Made by a program: the position numbers and the translations under genes. Positions 6,323 to 6,360 of a DNA stretch of 6,360 bases are shown here, in pieces (the first letter of the stretch is position 1; every line of letters begins with the position of its first letter). The notes beneath the pieces were generated by a model. It searched no databases and was not told the DNA's origin. It saw only the letters and a list, made by a program, of their open reading frames with translations. Origin of the DNA: a virus (taxonomy: Duplodnaviria > Heunggongvirae > Uroviricota > Caudoviricetes); IMG/VR virus record IMGVR_UViG_2778261419_000001, positions 1 through 6,360 of that record. One strand, given 5' to 3'.

Positions 6323-6360
6323 AAGGGATGACAGCCGTTGGCGAAGGTGAGTTACTCATC

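Noticed and set aside
1-6360. CRISPR arrays, tRNA/rRNA genes, IS element termini
   Set aside because: No spaced direct repeats, no cloverleaf-like tRNA candidates and no inverted-repeat IS ends that I recognise; the only notable repeats are the G9 tract and the cosB R elements.

Overview
This window is the late region of a lambdoid (DLP12/phage 21/lambda-mosaic) prophage, read left to right on the + strand. It holds (i) two AT-rich to intermediate-GC cargo genes on the minus strand plus a small plus-strand ORF, sitting between the presumed Q gene (off the left edge) and the lysis genes; (ii) a tR'-like terminator directly abutting a phage-21-type lysis cassette: dual-start pinholin, SAR endolysin, and Rz with embedded Rz1; (iii) a minus-strand Cys-containing orphan ORF at the position lambda uses for bor; (iv) a lambda-type cos site (cosQ, cosN, cosB R3-I1-R2-R1); (v) a lambda-type Nu1 small terminase and a large terminase A that departs from lambda near codon 551 and stops early. 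All comparisons to lambda, phage 21 and DLP12 are from memory, not from a search. The main candidates for something undescribed are the three cargo ORFs at 205-1661 (including a G9 homopolymer abutting a start codon) and the orphan at 3462-3782. I cannot assign a function to any of them from sequence alone. No tRNA, rRNA, CRISPR array or IS element was recognised.
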